From contig OZ219754.1 of NCBI GenBank assembly GCA_964291295.2, positions 2,496,001 to 2,560,000 of the forward strand: a DNA stretch of 64,000 nt, in the 5' to 3' direction. Under the pieces are notes generated by a model, which was given only the letters and a program-made list of their open reading frames with translations, ran no database searches and had not been told where the DNA came from. How positions within the stretch are numbered: the stretch's first letter is position 1; each line of letters opens with the position of its first letter. Source of the DNA: an uncultured Candidatus Binatia bacterium (GTDB taxonomy: Bacteria > Desulfobacterota > Binatia > UBA9968 > JAJDTQ01). A program made the position numbers and the translations under genes. Shown here one piece after another: positions 10,324 to 19,810 of this stretch.

Positions 10324-11247
10324 TCAGGCACGAATCTCGGTGCGCATGAACTTGATGTAGGCAATGCCGAAGCACAGCGCCACCAGCGCCACCAGGGTCA
10401 GGAACATCGGCCAGATGAGCCGCAGGCTCTGATCCAGGCTGAGCGGGGTGATGAGCAGGGCCTCGAGTTGGCCGAGCTGTTCCGGCAGGACCGGAACGAG
10501 GCTCCGCGCCACCGGATTCAACAGCAGGCGCACCGATTCGCTGTACAGCAGGCTCGGGGACAGGCGTCCCAGGACGGTCTCGATGGTCGCGAGCCGGGTC
10601 ATTTCCTCGGCCGTTCCGGGATTGGGTACGACAAGCCCGGCCACGAAGCTCGCGAGGACACCGATGAAGATGCCCAGGAAGAGCCACAGGGCGATGGCGG
10701 CCAGCGCCGCGGTGACGGTCTTCCGGAGCAGCATGGACAGCAGCATGGCGAGGGCCAGCCAGAAGCCCGTGTAGGCGATGCCGATGATGCCGAAGAAGAG
10801 CATGCGCCAGAGCTCCTCGGCATTGGGCAGGAAGCCGATCAGGGTGATGCCCAGGCCGACCACCACCAGCAGGATCGATGCCCACAGGATGGCGAGGGTG
10901 GTCAGCCCCGCCAGGAATTTCCCGTTGATCAGACTGTCCCGGTAGATGGGTTGCGAGAGCACCCGACTCAGCGTTCCCCGTCCGTATTCGCCGCTGATGC
11001 TGTCGAAGCCCAGCGTAATGCCCACCAACGGACCGAAGAACCCCAGGAACGTGGCCAGGGAAAAGAACAGGGACTCGGTGGTGAGGAGGCTCAGGAAGGC
11101 GTGATCCGTGCTTTGCACCACCTGCTGTATCGACTGCCCCGTGATGTAGACCGCCAGGATCCCCGGCAGCATGATCAGCGCCAGGAGGATCATGAAGCGC
11201 AGGCTGCTGAAATGGTCGGAAAGCTCTTTCCAATAGACGACGGTCAT
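10324..11247 (-). CDS. ABC-2 type transporter permease
   Basis: GFDSISGEYGRGTLSRVLSQP...INGKF, multiple TM helices. Confidence 0.9.
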   Translation of the reverse strand: MTVVYWKELSDHFSSLRFMILLALIMLPGILAVYITGQSIQQVVQSTDHAFLSLLTTESLFFSLATFLGFFGPLVGITLGFDSISGEYGRGTLSRVLSQPIYRDSLINGKFLAGLTTLAILWASILLVVVGLGITLIGFLPNAEELWRMLFFGIIGIAYTGFWLALAMLLSMLLRKTVTAALAAIALWLFLGIFIGVLASFVAGLVVPNPGTAEEMTRLATIETVLGRLSPSLLYSESVRLLLNPVARSLVPVLPEQLGQLEALLITPLSLDQSLRLIWPMFLTLVALVALCFGIAYIKFMRTEIRA

Positions 11248-11251
11248 GGCG

Positions 11252-12187
11252 CTACTCCGTCTCCCTGAAATATTTCAGGTAGATCTCTTCCAGCGTGGGA
11301 TCCTCGACGCGGAGCTGCATCAGGTCAAGGCTCCGGTCCCGGATCAGGCCCATGAGTTCCGGTCTCACGTCGCGGGTACAGCGGATGAACCATCCGGCGC
11401 CCCGGCGTTCGCACTGGTCCACCCCCGGCAGCGTGTTGAGGGCATCCTCCAGGGGCGGGTCGTCGCCAACCTCCACCAGGAAGTTCCACTGGTGCTCTTT
11501 GAGGATGGCCCTGCCGAGTTCGTCGGGACTGCCCTGCACGATCATCCGGCCTTGCACGATGATGCCGATGCGCTGACACACCTGTTGCACCTGGTGCAGA
11601 AGGTGTGAGCAGAGCAGGACGGTGAGGCCGCGCTCGCGCTGGAGTTCGGTGATGAGGTCGAGAAGCCGTGTCACTCCGTCGGGATCGATCCCCAGGGTGG
11701 GCTCGTCCAGAATGATGACCTCCGGCTCCTTCACCAGCACTTCGCCGATTCCCAGCCGCTGCTTCATGCCGCGGGAGAATTCCCGCACCGGCCGGTTGGC
11801 GTCGTCGGTCAGGCCCACCTGGTCCAGCACCCGGTGCAGTTGCCCGTCGATTCGCTGCTCGTCGATCCGGTTGAGCCGGGCGATGTAGGCCAGATTCTCC
11901 CGCGCTGTCAGATCCTCGTAGAAACCGGGGTTCTCCGGCAGGTAGCCGACGCGGCGCTTGACCTCCAGCGGCCGGGTGCCGGGGTTGAACCCGCACACCG
12001 ACGCCGCGCCCTGGGTGGGTTCGGTGAGCCCCAGCAGCATCAGGATGGTCGTGGTCTTGCCGGCGCCATTGGGGCCGAGAAAACCGAACACTTCGCCCCG
12101 GGGGATCTCCAGGTCCAGATCGCTCACCGCGATCTTGTCCCGGTAGCGCTTCGTCAACCCCTCGGTCCGGATGATGTGGCCGCTCAT
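11252..12187 (-). CDS. ABC transporter ATP-binding protein
   Basis: GPNGAGKTT, FSRGMKQR, ILDEPT. Confidence 0.95.
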   Translation of the reverse strand: MSGHIIRTEGLTKRYRDKIAVSDLDLEIPRGEVFGFLGPNGAGKTTTILMLLGLTEPTQGAASVCGFNPGTRPLEVKRRVGYLPENPGFYEDLTARENLAYIARLNRIDEQRIDGQLHRVLDQVGLTDDANRPVREFSRGMKQRLGIGEVLVKEPEVIILDEPTLGIDPDGVTRLLDLITELQRERGLTVLLCSHLLHQVQQVCQRIGIIVQGRMIVQGSPDELGRAILKEHQWNFLVEVGDDPPLEDALNTLPGVDQCERRGAGWFIRCTRDVRPELMGLIRDRSLDLMQLRVEDPTLEEIYLKYFRETE

Positions 12188-13413
12188 CGCCGTCCAAGCC
12201 GAATGAAGACCGCCACCAGGCCGAGCACCACCAAGGCCACGATGAATGCGCCGATCCAGCCCCAGATGGTGGGCGTCGACACGGTGACCCGGAAGTCGAT
12301 GGACTTGTTGGTGTCCGGGCTGTTGGTGGAGACGTTGAGCATGTAGTCGCCCGCCAGTGCCCGGTCCGGAGCGGCGATCTCCATCTTCACCTCGCGGATC
12401 TCTCCGGGGTTCAGGGAGTCGACCTTGTCGGGGCGGAACCCGACCTCCCACTGGTCGGGTTTCGATGAGATGAAGGAGAGATTGGTGAGGGGGGCCGTAC
12501 CCGCGTTCTGCACCAGAAAGTCCACCTGCGACTTCTCGCCGGCGGTCACCGAGGCGTTGAGGCGGCCGGTGGCGGTACCCATGTTCAATTGCTGCGTTCC
12601 GGCCAGCGAGATCTTGAGGTCTGCCTGTGCGGAAAGGCTGCCCGAGCGTGCCTTGACCACAACCGGATAGTCACCGGGCTCACCCTGCAGCGGAGGCTGA
12701 ATCTCGACGCTCAGGGTCTCGGTGGAGTCCTTCTTGAGCGCGATGGAGGAGATCTGCGTTTCCTCGAACTGGGGCTTGATCCGCACCACCCAACCCGGCG
12801 GGGCCTGCGCGGCCAGCGCGGTGGTCAGCGGGTTGTCGGTTTCGTTCTTGAGGTCGATGCTGAACTTGAAAGTCTGGCTGGTGTTGCCGCTCAGCACCGG
12901 ATACTGGCTCTCCATCTTTATGCCGCCGGTGTCCACCTTCTTGGCGGAGACACGAAAGGCGACCTTGGCGTTTTCGATCTTTTCGCCTTTGTCGTCCCTT
13001 GCCGTCACCGCCACCTCGTAGTCGCCCGGCTCCACCTTGTCGGGCAGCTTGACCTTGAGTTCCAGGGTGGCGGACTTGCCGCCCTGGACCATGATGCCGC
13101 CCACCGGATAGCTCGGGTATCTGGAATGGAATGCGGCGGTCCACCCTTCAGGCAGCGAGGCGGTCTCCAGCGCGACGCGCACCGATGCCTTTCTCGGATT
13201 GACGACCTCGGCGTCCATCTCGAACTCCTGGCCGGGCCCGACGGTGATGTCGGTGTAGGCCATGATCAATTCGAACGGTTCCTTTTCCTCGTCCGGGATG
13301 TCCGATTGCGCGGTCGCCTGTTCCGGGGTTTCGTGTGACGTACCCGACAGCGGCCAGAAGGCCACCAGAGCGGTGAGCAACAGCCAGACAAGATGAGCCC
13401 TGCGAATCCTCAT
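12184..13413 (-). CDS. Membrane-anchored protein with repeated NEW3/Ig-like domains (COG1470-like)
   Basis: Signal peptide, three beta-rich repeats (PEGW, PPGW, PDQW; GDY), C-terminal TM helix; operon with ABC genes. Confidence 0.8.
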   Translation of the reverse strand: MRIRRAHLVWLLLTALVAFWPLSGTSHETPEQATAQSDIPDEEKEPFELIMAYTDITVGPGQEFEMDAEVVNPRKASVRVALETASLPEGWTAAFHSRYPSYPVGGIMVQGGKSATLELKVKLPDKVEPGDYEVAVTARDDKGEKIENAKVAFRVSAKKVDTGGIKMESQYPVLSGNTSQTFKFSIDLKNETDNPLTTALAAQAPPGWVVRIKPQFEETQISSIALKKDSTETLSVEIQPPLQGEPGDYPVVVKARSGSLSAQADLKISLAGTQQLNMGTATGRLNASVTAGEKSQVDFLVQNAGTAPLTNLSFISSKPDQWEVGFRPDKVDSLNPGEIREVKMEIAAPDRALAGDYMLNVSTNSPDTNKSIDFRVTVSTPTIWGWIGAFIVALVVLGLVAVFIRLGRR

Positions 13414-13497
13414 AAACCGACCTCCAGGATTTGGTTCCCGTACAGTTAAGCATGTCGAACACTTGAGTCAATCCCGGCGGCGGTCGAAGGCGGCCGT

Positions 13498-13950
13498 CTA
13501 CACCTTCCCGAGCTGTCGGAGACTCTCGTAGAGAACGATGGAGACGGCATTGGCCAGGTTCAGGCTCCTTACCTCGAGGTTCATCATGGGAATGACATAG
13601 CTGTCGGCTTCGTTGGCGTCGAGGAGGCTCTGGGGCAGACCCCGGGTCTCGGGTCCGAATACGAGGAAATCATCCTCTCGGAACCGGGCGGAAGCATACG
13701 ATTTCACGGCTTTCTTCGTGAAATAGTGCCGTTGTCCGCGGCCCTGGGTGTCGACGAACTCCCGCCACGATCCGTGCACCCGGAGGTCCACATGGGGCCA
13801 GTAGTCGAGGCCGGCGCGCTTGAGGTGTCTGTCGTCGAGCTGGAAGCCCAGCGGCTCGATCAGGTGCAGCGGGCTCCGGGTGGCGGCGCACAGTCGCGCC
13901 ACCGAGCCCGTGTTGGGCGGGATCTCGGGTTCGAAAAGCACGACGTTCAT
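13498..13950 (-). CDS. trmL: tRNA (cytidine/uridine-34 2'-O)-methyltransferase
   Basis: EPEIPPNTG, RAGLDYW, FGPETRGLP, RSLNLAN. Confidence 0.95.
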   Translation of the reverse strand: MNVVLFEPEIPPNTGSVARLCAATRSPLHLIEPLGFQLDDRHLKRAGLDYWPHVDLRVHGSWREFVDTQGRGQRHYFTKKAVKSYASARFREDDFLVFGPETRGLPQSLLDANEADSYVIPMMNLEVRSLNLANAVSIVLYESLRQLGKV

Positions 13951-13978
13951 GGCTGCCTGGCTCCGGTGCGGACGGGGC

Positions 13979-14434
13979 TCAATCCTTTCTTCGTGCGCTG
14001 TCGATGAGGAAGGTTGCCGGGCCGTCGTTTACCAAGGACACCTTCATGGCGGCCTGGAAATTCCCGGTACACACCCGCGGGCCATCCGGGACGCGAAGCC
14101 GGTCCACGAAGTTCCGGTACAGCCGGCCCGCTTCCTCCGGGGCGGCGGCGTCCGTCAGCGAGGGGCGGCGGCTCTTGCGCGTGTCGCCGTACAGGGTGAA
14201 CTGGGAAACCACCAGGATCTCGCCCCGGGTGTCCCTCACGGACCGGTGGAATCTGCCGGCGTCGTCGGGGAAGACCCGCAGGTTCAGGAGCTTGTCCGCC
14301 AGGTAGGCGCCGTCCTCTTCGGTATCCTCCCTGCCGACGCCCAGGAACACGCAGAGGCCGGGGCCGATGGCCGAAACCGTCCTGTCGTCGACCTTCACGT
14401 CCGCGCGTTCGACTCTCTGGAGCAAAGCTCTCAT
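13979..14434 (-). CDS. dtd: D-aminoacyl-tRNA deacylase
   Basis: MRALLQRV, SQFTL, NDGP. Confidence 0.95.
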   Translation of the reverse strand: MRALLQRVERADVKVDDRTVSAIGPGLCVFLGVGREDTEEDGAYLADKLLNLRVFPDDAGRFHRSVRDTRGEILVVSQFTLYGDTRKSRRPSLTDAAAPEEAGRLYRNFVDRLRVPDGPRVCTGNFQAAMKVSLVNDGPATFLIDSARRKD

Positions 14435-14688
14435 GATGGACAGTGACTGCCGGCCATGGACGCCGACAAGAAGGCGAACCCGGAATGCTGCCAGGTTCTC
14501 TGGTCCGATTCCTTGATTTCTCGAACTCGTTCCGACTAACAATAGTTCCACGATTATTCAAGCGGGCCTCTTCCCGCCACGCCGGCGTCCCGCCACTGCG
14601 GACATCCCGGGCCGCTGGTATTCCAGGTTCCCGTACCGTTCCCGTACCACTTGATGCGCACCCATCCGCAACCCCGGTGTCCGACCCC

Positions 14689-15687
14689 ATGAGCATCATC
14701 CTCGTTACCGGGGTCTGCGGCTTCATCGGCTGGAAGGTCTGCGAGAAGTTGCTGGCCGAAGGCCGGTCCGTCGTCGGGCTGGACAACCTGAACGACGCCT
14801 ACGACGTGCGCCTCAAGGAGTGGCGCCTGACCCGGCTCCGGCGTGCGCCCGGATTCGCGTTCCACCGCGTCGACATCGGCGACCGTGACGCCGTGGCGTC
14901 GTTCGGGCAGTCGGCGGCGGGGTTGGCGGCGAAAAACGGCCGGATCGACGCGGCGATCCATCTCGCCGCCAGGGCCGGAGTGCGCGCGTCGGTCGCCGAC
15001 CCGTGGGCATACGTGTCCACCAACGTGGCGGGAACCCTGAACGTGCTGGAGCTTTGCCGGAACCTGGAGATCCCCAGATTCGTGCTGGCCTCCACATCGA
15101 GCCTCTACGGCGCGGACACCCCGGCGCCCTTCCGGGAGGACGCCGGCACCAGCCGGCCGCTCTCCCCGTACGCCGCCTCGAAGAAGGCCGCCGAGGCCAT
15201 GACCCACAGCTACCACGCTCTCCACGGCATTGATGCCACGGTGCTCCGGTTCTTTACCGTCTACGGCCCGGCTGGCCGCCCCGACTCGAGCCTCTTCCGG
15301 TTCGTCCAGTGGATCAGCGAGGGCCGGGAAGTGGTGGTCTTTGGCGACGGCACTCAGCGGCGCGACTTCACCTGCGTCGAAGACATCGCCCGCGGAGTCC
15401 TGGCGGCCTTGGCCGCACCGCCGGGCTACGAGGTCGTCAACCTGGGTTCGGACAGCCCCATCGTCCTGAACGACGCCATCCGCCTCATCGCCGACACGCT
15501 GGGCCGGGAGGCCGTGATACGCCGTGAGGCGCGCCACCCGGCCGACGTGGCGTCCACCTGGGCCGACATCTCCAAGGCCCGGCGGCTCCTGGGCTGGGAA
15601 CCGGCAACCGACTTCGCCTCCGGCGTCCGCGCACTGGTGGACTGGTACCGCCGGAACCGCGACTGGGCGAAGGATATCGCGACCTGA
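14689..15687 (+). CDS. NAD-dependent epimerase (UDP-glucuronate 4-epimerase-like)
   Basis: TGVCGFIG, HLAARAGVR, YAASKK, RFFTVYGP. Confidence 0.9.
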   Translation: MSIILVTGVCGFIGWKVCEKLLAEGRSVVGLDNLNDAYDVRLKEWRLTRLRRAPGFAFHRVDIGDRDAVASFGQSAAGLAAKNGRIDAAIHLAARAGVRASVADPWAYVSTNVAGTLNVLELCRNLEIPRFVLASTSSLYGADTPAPFREDAGTSRPLSPYAASKKAAEAMTHSYHALHGIDATVLRFFTVYGPAGRPDSSLFRFVQWISEGREVVVFGDGTQRRDFTCVEDIARGVLAALAAPPGYEVVNLGSDSPIVLNDAIRLIADTLGREAVIRREARHPADVASTWADISKARRLLGWEPATDFASGVRALVDWYRRNRDWAKDIAT

Positions 15688-15842
15688 CGGAGGTGGACGG
15701 GCCTGGCCGACACCCGCTCCCGCCAAGGCTGGCCGCAAGAGTCGCCAATTCTTTCCGGTAGTGCTAAAAACCTGAGGCAGGCTCGTCTTTCGGCCGAGCC
15801 GTTCCCGCCGGGACGGGCGGCGGACCCATCCCGCCACGCTCC

Positions 15843-15935
15843 GGAGAGGTGACCGAGTCTGGCTTAAGGTGCACGACTGGAAATCGTGTGTACCTCAAAA
15901 GGGTACCAGGGGTTCGAATCCCCTCCTCTCCGCCA
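15843..15935 (+). tRNA. tRNA-Ser (anticodon GGA)
   Basis: GGAGAGG/CCTCTCC acceptor stem, CACGA-CTGGAAA-TCGTG anticodon arm, long variable arm, GGTTCGAATCC, encoded CCA. Confidence 0.97.
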
Positions 15936-15954
15936 TCCAATCAAGGGAGTCATC

Positions 15955-16839
15955 ATTTCCACCCCTGCGAAGCGTCACGGCCTTGGCGCCACGGGCGAGC
16001 CGTTCCGGGACGGCGACGCGGTCATATTCTTCGACCGGAAAGACCGGGAGTACCTGAAGACGCTTCGGGCCGGGGAGACCATCTCCATCCGGGGCGGAAC
16101 CATCCCGGTGGACCATCTGCTGGGAAAGCCCGACGGTGCCATCGTCCGGTCTTCGTTGAAGGAGCGGTTCGTGGTGCTGCGGCCTACCCTGGAGCGCCTG
16201 ATTCCCAACCTGCCGCGCAAGGCGCAGGTGATCTATCCCAAGGATCTGGCACTCATCCTGATGTGGGGCGACGTCTTTCCGGGGGCCACGGTGGTGGAGG
16301 CCGGAGTCGGTCCCGGCGCCCTCACGCTGGCGTTGCTGCGGGCGGTGGGACCCGAGGGCCGGGTCATCTCCTTCGAGATACGGGAAGAGCACGCCCGGGC
16401 CGCGGAAAGGAACGTCGCCCGGTACTACGGGGCGGCACCGCAGTGGACGCTGGATGTCGGCGACGTCTCCGAGGGACTTCGAAACCTCAGCGTCGATCGT
16501 GTCTTTCTGGATCTGCCGGAGCCTTGGAGGCAGACCGCCATCTCCTGGCACGCATTGCGGCCAGGAGGGGTGTTCCTGGGCTACCTGCCGACGGTGCTGC
16601 AGGTCAAGGGGTTCGTGGATTCACTGAAGGAGCACCGTGGGTTCGCCTGCATCGACACCATGGAGACCCTGGTGCGCTACTGGCACGTCAAGGAGATGAG
16701 CGTCCGACCGCAGCACCGGATGGTGGCGCACACCGGCTTCGTGGTCACGGCGCGGCGGATCGAATGGGAATCTTCGGGCGCGCCGGAGCCGCCTCGGCCG
16801 ATTCCGGGGGGACCGGACCGGCAAGGCGGCGACGGTTAG
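15955..16839 (+). CDS. trmI: tRNA (adenine-58 N1)-methyltransferase; probable non-canonical ATT start
   Basis: PRKAQVIYPKD, EAGVGPGALT, LDLPEPW, SVRPQHRMVAHTGF. Confidence 0.88.
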   Translation: MSTPAKRHGLGATGEPFRDGDAVIFFDRKDREYLKTLRAGETISIRGGTIPVDHLLGKPDGAIVRSSLKERFVVLRPTLERLIPNLPRKAQVIYPKDLALILMWGDVFPGATVVEAGVGPGALTLALLRAVGPEGRVISFEIREEHARAAERNVARYYGAAPQWTLDVGDVSEGLRNLSVDRVFLDLPEPWRQTAISWHALRPGGVFLGYLPTVLQVKGFVDSLKEHRGFACIDTMETLVRYWHVKEMSVRPQHRMVAHTGFVVTARRIEWESSGAPEPPRPIPGGPDRQGGDG

Positions 16840-16854
16840 AGGAACCGCCGGCGT

Positions 16855-17211
16855 TCACTTTTTCCTGCGGCAGTTCTCGCAGTAGCAGACGTGGGATTCG
16901 GGGTCCTGGATCAGCCCCTCGTCGAGGTTGTGGCAGATCTTCTTGCACTCGATGCAGATGTAGTAGATGCCCTCGATGGTCTTGTTGATCTTCTCGCGGT
17001 TGAGCACCCGCCCCTTGAGCTTCTCCACACGGATCCCCAGGAGCTCCTCGTATTGCCGCTTGATCTTCAGCCGTCCGGATGCGTCGCCCGGCAGGTCCCG
17101 TTCGTCCACCTCTTCCGGGATGCCCGGGCCCTTCGGCACCGCCTTGGCCGAGCGAGCCGCCTTGCCGGTCCGGGTGGCGGACTTCCCCATGCTGTTGTTG
17201 ACTGGAGTCAT
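16855..17211 (-). CDS. Hypothetical protein with C-terminal Cys cluster
   Basis: CIECKKIC...CYCENC; basic N-terminus; alternative start 17190. Confidence 0.7.
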   Translation of the reverse strand: MTPVNNSMGKSATRTGKAARSAKAVPKGPGIPEEVDERDLPGDASGRLKIKRQYEELLGIRVEKLKGRVLNREKINKTIEGIYYICIECKKICHNLDEGLIQDPESHVCYCENCRRKK

Positions 17212-17300
17212 GTCCCGATGCCCTTCAGCAGTAACTGTTCGGCCTGCGGTTGTCAAACCGCCGGCCGCGGGGGCAATGACGCCGCGCGGGGCGTTGTCCC

Positions 17301-17795
17301 CTACATGGAGAGGCCGGCCCAGACCGTGGCCGCCAGGAAGACAAGCATCATCACGGACGAGCGGCCCAGCTTTCGCAGCACGGCCTCGGTCCCCTCGGCG
17401 GTGACGCCGTCCGGGGATTCGTGGAGCCGGACGAAGCGATGGGCGATCCCCATGCACTGCCAGGTGCCCAGCATGATGACGAAGAAGGCCAGCAGCAGCT
17501 TGGTGGCCAGGTCGGCGCCGAATTCCTGGGCGTAGGATGCGCGGTGGAGCGACTTGAGGTCCGTGATCCGGGACGCCCCGGTGAGGGTGATGACGCCCAG
17601 CAGTCCGATCTGCACCGGATTGTAGACGCGCAGCGCGCGCACCAGCAGGTCGCTCCGGTGCTCGTGCCGGGATACCCGCCGGAGAGCCGGCAGCAGGATC
17701 CGCCACAGGGCGACCACCAGGCCGATATGAAGGGTCAGGGAGACTATATGGAAATCGGCGGCCAAGACCCTCAGCCGCCGGCCCTGGAGCGCCAA
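17301..17795 (-). CDS. Membrane protein (CopD/DUF4149-like 4-TM)
   Basis: Four hydrophobic helices, LATKLLL motif; start uncertain. Confidence 0.6.
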   Translation of the reverse strand: MALQGRRLRVLAADFHIVSLTLHIGLVVALWRILLPALRRVSRHEHRSDLLVRALRVYNPVQIGLLGVITLTGASRITDLKSLHRASYAQEFGADLATKLLLAFFVIMLGTWQCMGIAHRFVRLHESPDGVTAEGTEAVLRKLGRSSVMMLVFLAATVWAGLSM

Positions 17796-18595
17796 CTCAG
17801 CAACGCCCGCCTGGCGATCCGCTTGCCCGGAGCCTGGTAGCCCTCCGAGAGCCTGTTCAGGCGCTTGCCGAACTCCTCCAGCCGCTTCCGCTGGTTCCTC
17901 TCGAAGGCGCGCAACTCTCTCTGACGCCGCTCCTGGAACTGCTCCAGTTCCTGCCGCCGGCGTTCCTCAAACTCCGACAGGTCCCGGTCCCACTCGTCGT
18001 GGAAGCGTTGCACGGTGGTGCGGACGAGGTAGTTCAGGTCGTCCTTGACCACCGTCGACTTGTAGCAGTAGGGGCAGAAGAGCACGTTGCCGATGGTCAG
18101 CAGGCCGGTCTCGACTTCGAACACGGCACCGCAGGCAAAGCAGCGGATCGACACGGGCCACTGATCCGGTGGCGGCACGGAAACCGCAGGCCGGGAGTCG
18201 TCCACGGGCATCGGGGCTGCGGCGGCCCGCACCGGCGCGGCAGCCGGTACCGCGGCGGCTGCGTCGGCACCGGCTGTTGCCTCGGCCGCACTGGCGCCGG
18301 TACCCGCGCCCTCGCGAAACCGGGATTCGAAGTTGTCGCCGAAGTCCGTGTCGGTATGGATCGCCTGCGCCCGGCCGATGAGGGCCTCCTCGGTCTCGAC
18401 GTTGTTGGGATCGGTCACGCAGCAGTCCACGGGACACACCGCCGCGCATGCCTCGTAGTCGTGAAAACCCACGCACTCGGTGCAAAGCAACGGATCGATG
18501 ACATATATCTCGTCGGCCTGCGTGATGGCGTTGTTGGGGCATTCCGGCTCGCACGCGCCGCAGTTGATGCACTCGCTGGTAATCATGGTAGCCAT
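17771..18595 (-). CDS. YfhL-type 2x[4Fe-4S] ferredoxin fused to a zinc-ribbon/coiled-coil extension
   Basis: CINCGACEPECPN, CTECVGF..CAAVCPVDC; Ala/Pro linker; CFAC..CPYC; E/R/Q-rich tail. Confidence 0.88.
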   Translation of the reverse strand: MATMITSECINCGACEPECPNNAITQADEIYVIDPLLCTECVGFHDYEACAAVCPVDCCVTDPNNVETEEALIGRAQAIHTDTDFGDNFESRFREGAGTGASAAEATAGADAAAAVPAAAPVRAAAAPMPVDDSRPAVSVPPPDQWPVSIRCFACGAVFEVETGLLTIGNVLFCPYCYKSTVVKDDLNYLVRTTVQRFHDEWDRDLSEFEERRRQELEQFQERRQRELRAFERNQRKRLEEFGKRLNRLSEGYQAPGKRIARRALLSWRSRAGG

Positions 18596-18791
18596 GGACT
18601 CAAAGCCCTCCCGGGTTTCGACCCGCGTTCATGACCTCTTCTCCGGCCGGTCCGCATCGTCGTGTCCCGAGCTTGTGGATGGAAGTTGCAAACCGCCCGC
18701 GTTTCTCCTGAGATAACAGTGCCCCAAGGGTCGCGTCAAGGTTGCGCCCGGCATCGGCCGCAGGAGGTCCGCTCCGGCGGCGCGCAGGTTC

Positions 18792-18820
18792 TTGACACCG
18801 AAAGTCCGCTTTGGTAGGCG
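18792..18820 (+). promoter_or_regulatory. Putative sigma70 promoter
   Basis: TTGACA-N17-TAGGCG preceded by TGn. Confidence 0.5.
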
Positions 18821-18911
18821 TCCTACAGCCGAACCGGCAGCGCGGGATGGACGGCTACCGGCCGGACCCCGCAGTGCAAGCGAGATGACAGGCTGGACAA
18901 TAACGGAGATG

Positions 18912-18972
18912 AACCAGCCGCCACTTGGTGACGCCGAACTTGGTGACGCCGAGAGGGCGCGCTGGTTTTTTT
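18912..18972 (+). terminator. Intrinsic terminator-like hairpin in a 5' leader
   Basis: AACCAGC-CGCC pairs with GGCG-c-GCTGGTT; T7 run at 18966-18972. Confidence 0.6.
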
Positions 18973-19049
18973 GTCTGGCGGCATGGCTGCCGCATGGAAG
19001 GCTCCGCGCGGAAGGATATCGGGCGACGTGACGCCTCATGGAGGACTTG

Positions 19050-19751
19050 ATGAAGACTCTGGGTCTGATCTCTCCCAATCTGGATGATCCGACCGTTCAG
19101 GAATATTACGGCATTCTGCCGGAAGGCATCGACATCCGGGGGCGCCCTCTCGAGGTCGACACCTTCGCGGACGAGACCTTCGCCAAGGTGGAGGAAGCAT
19201 TCGCCGGCGTCGTCCGCGACCTGGCCAGGGAGCCGCTGGATTTCCTCATGATTACCGGTGAACTGTTCCTCTCCTACCGCGGCCCGGGCTCGGACCGGCT
19301 GGTGCTCGACTCCGTGCGCGAGATCACGCCGGTGAAGGCCTCGACGGTGCTGACGGCGGTGGTGCGGGCGCTGAAGTCCCTGGACGTCTACCGCGTGGTG
19401 ATGGCGTCGCCGTTTCCTCACGCCCAGAACGAAAACCTGATCCGGTTTCTTGACCACTACAACATCGAAGTGGCCGCCAACCGCGGCCTGGGCTACGACA
19501 ACACCCGGGAGATCTGGGAGTTGCCGGCCGAAACCGGCTATGATCTCGCCGCCGCGGTTCTGGAAGAGTGCCCCAACGTGGACGGCATCTACATGCCCTG
19601 CAACAAGTGGCGGGTCTCTTCGGTCATCGAGCGGCTGGAGGCGGACCTGGGAAAGCCGGTCATCACGAACACCCAGGCGTGGATCTGGGAGGCGTTGACG
19701 GGACTGGGCCTGACGCCCGCTCGCCCCGGATACGGAAAACTGCTCAAGTAA
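19050..19751 (+). CDS. Maleate isomerase/arylmalonate decarboxylase family protein
   Basis: TLGLISP, ASPF, DGIYMPC, LEADLGKPVITNTQA, GYGKL; GGAGGA SD. Confidence 0.85.
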   Translation: MKTLGLISPNLDDPTVQEYYGILPEGIDIRGRPLEVDTFADETFAKVEEAFAGVVRDLAREPLDFLMITGELFLSYRGPGSDRLVLDSVREITPVKASTVLTAVVRALKSLDVYRVVMASPFPHAQNENLIRFLDHYNIEVAANRGLGYDNTREIWELPAETGYDLAAAVLEECPNVDGIYMPCNKWRVSSVIERLEADLGKPVITNTQAWIWEALTGLGLTPARPGYGKLLK

Positions 19752-19810
19752 CCTGATCCACAAACTCCACCCGAAGTCTCCGCGGCGGGAAGAGCAAGGG
19801 GTGCCATCCG

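Noticed and set aside
15843-15935. tRNA as an island integration site
   Set aside because: No integrase and no duplicated tRNA 3' end seen in the window
15886-15954. ORF-track GTG start for trmI
   Set aside because: Lies inside the tRNA gene
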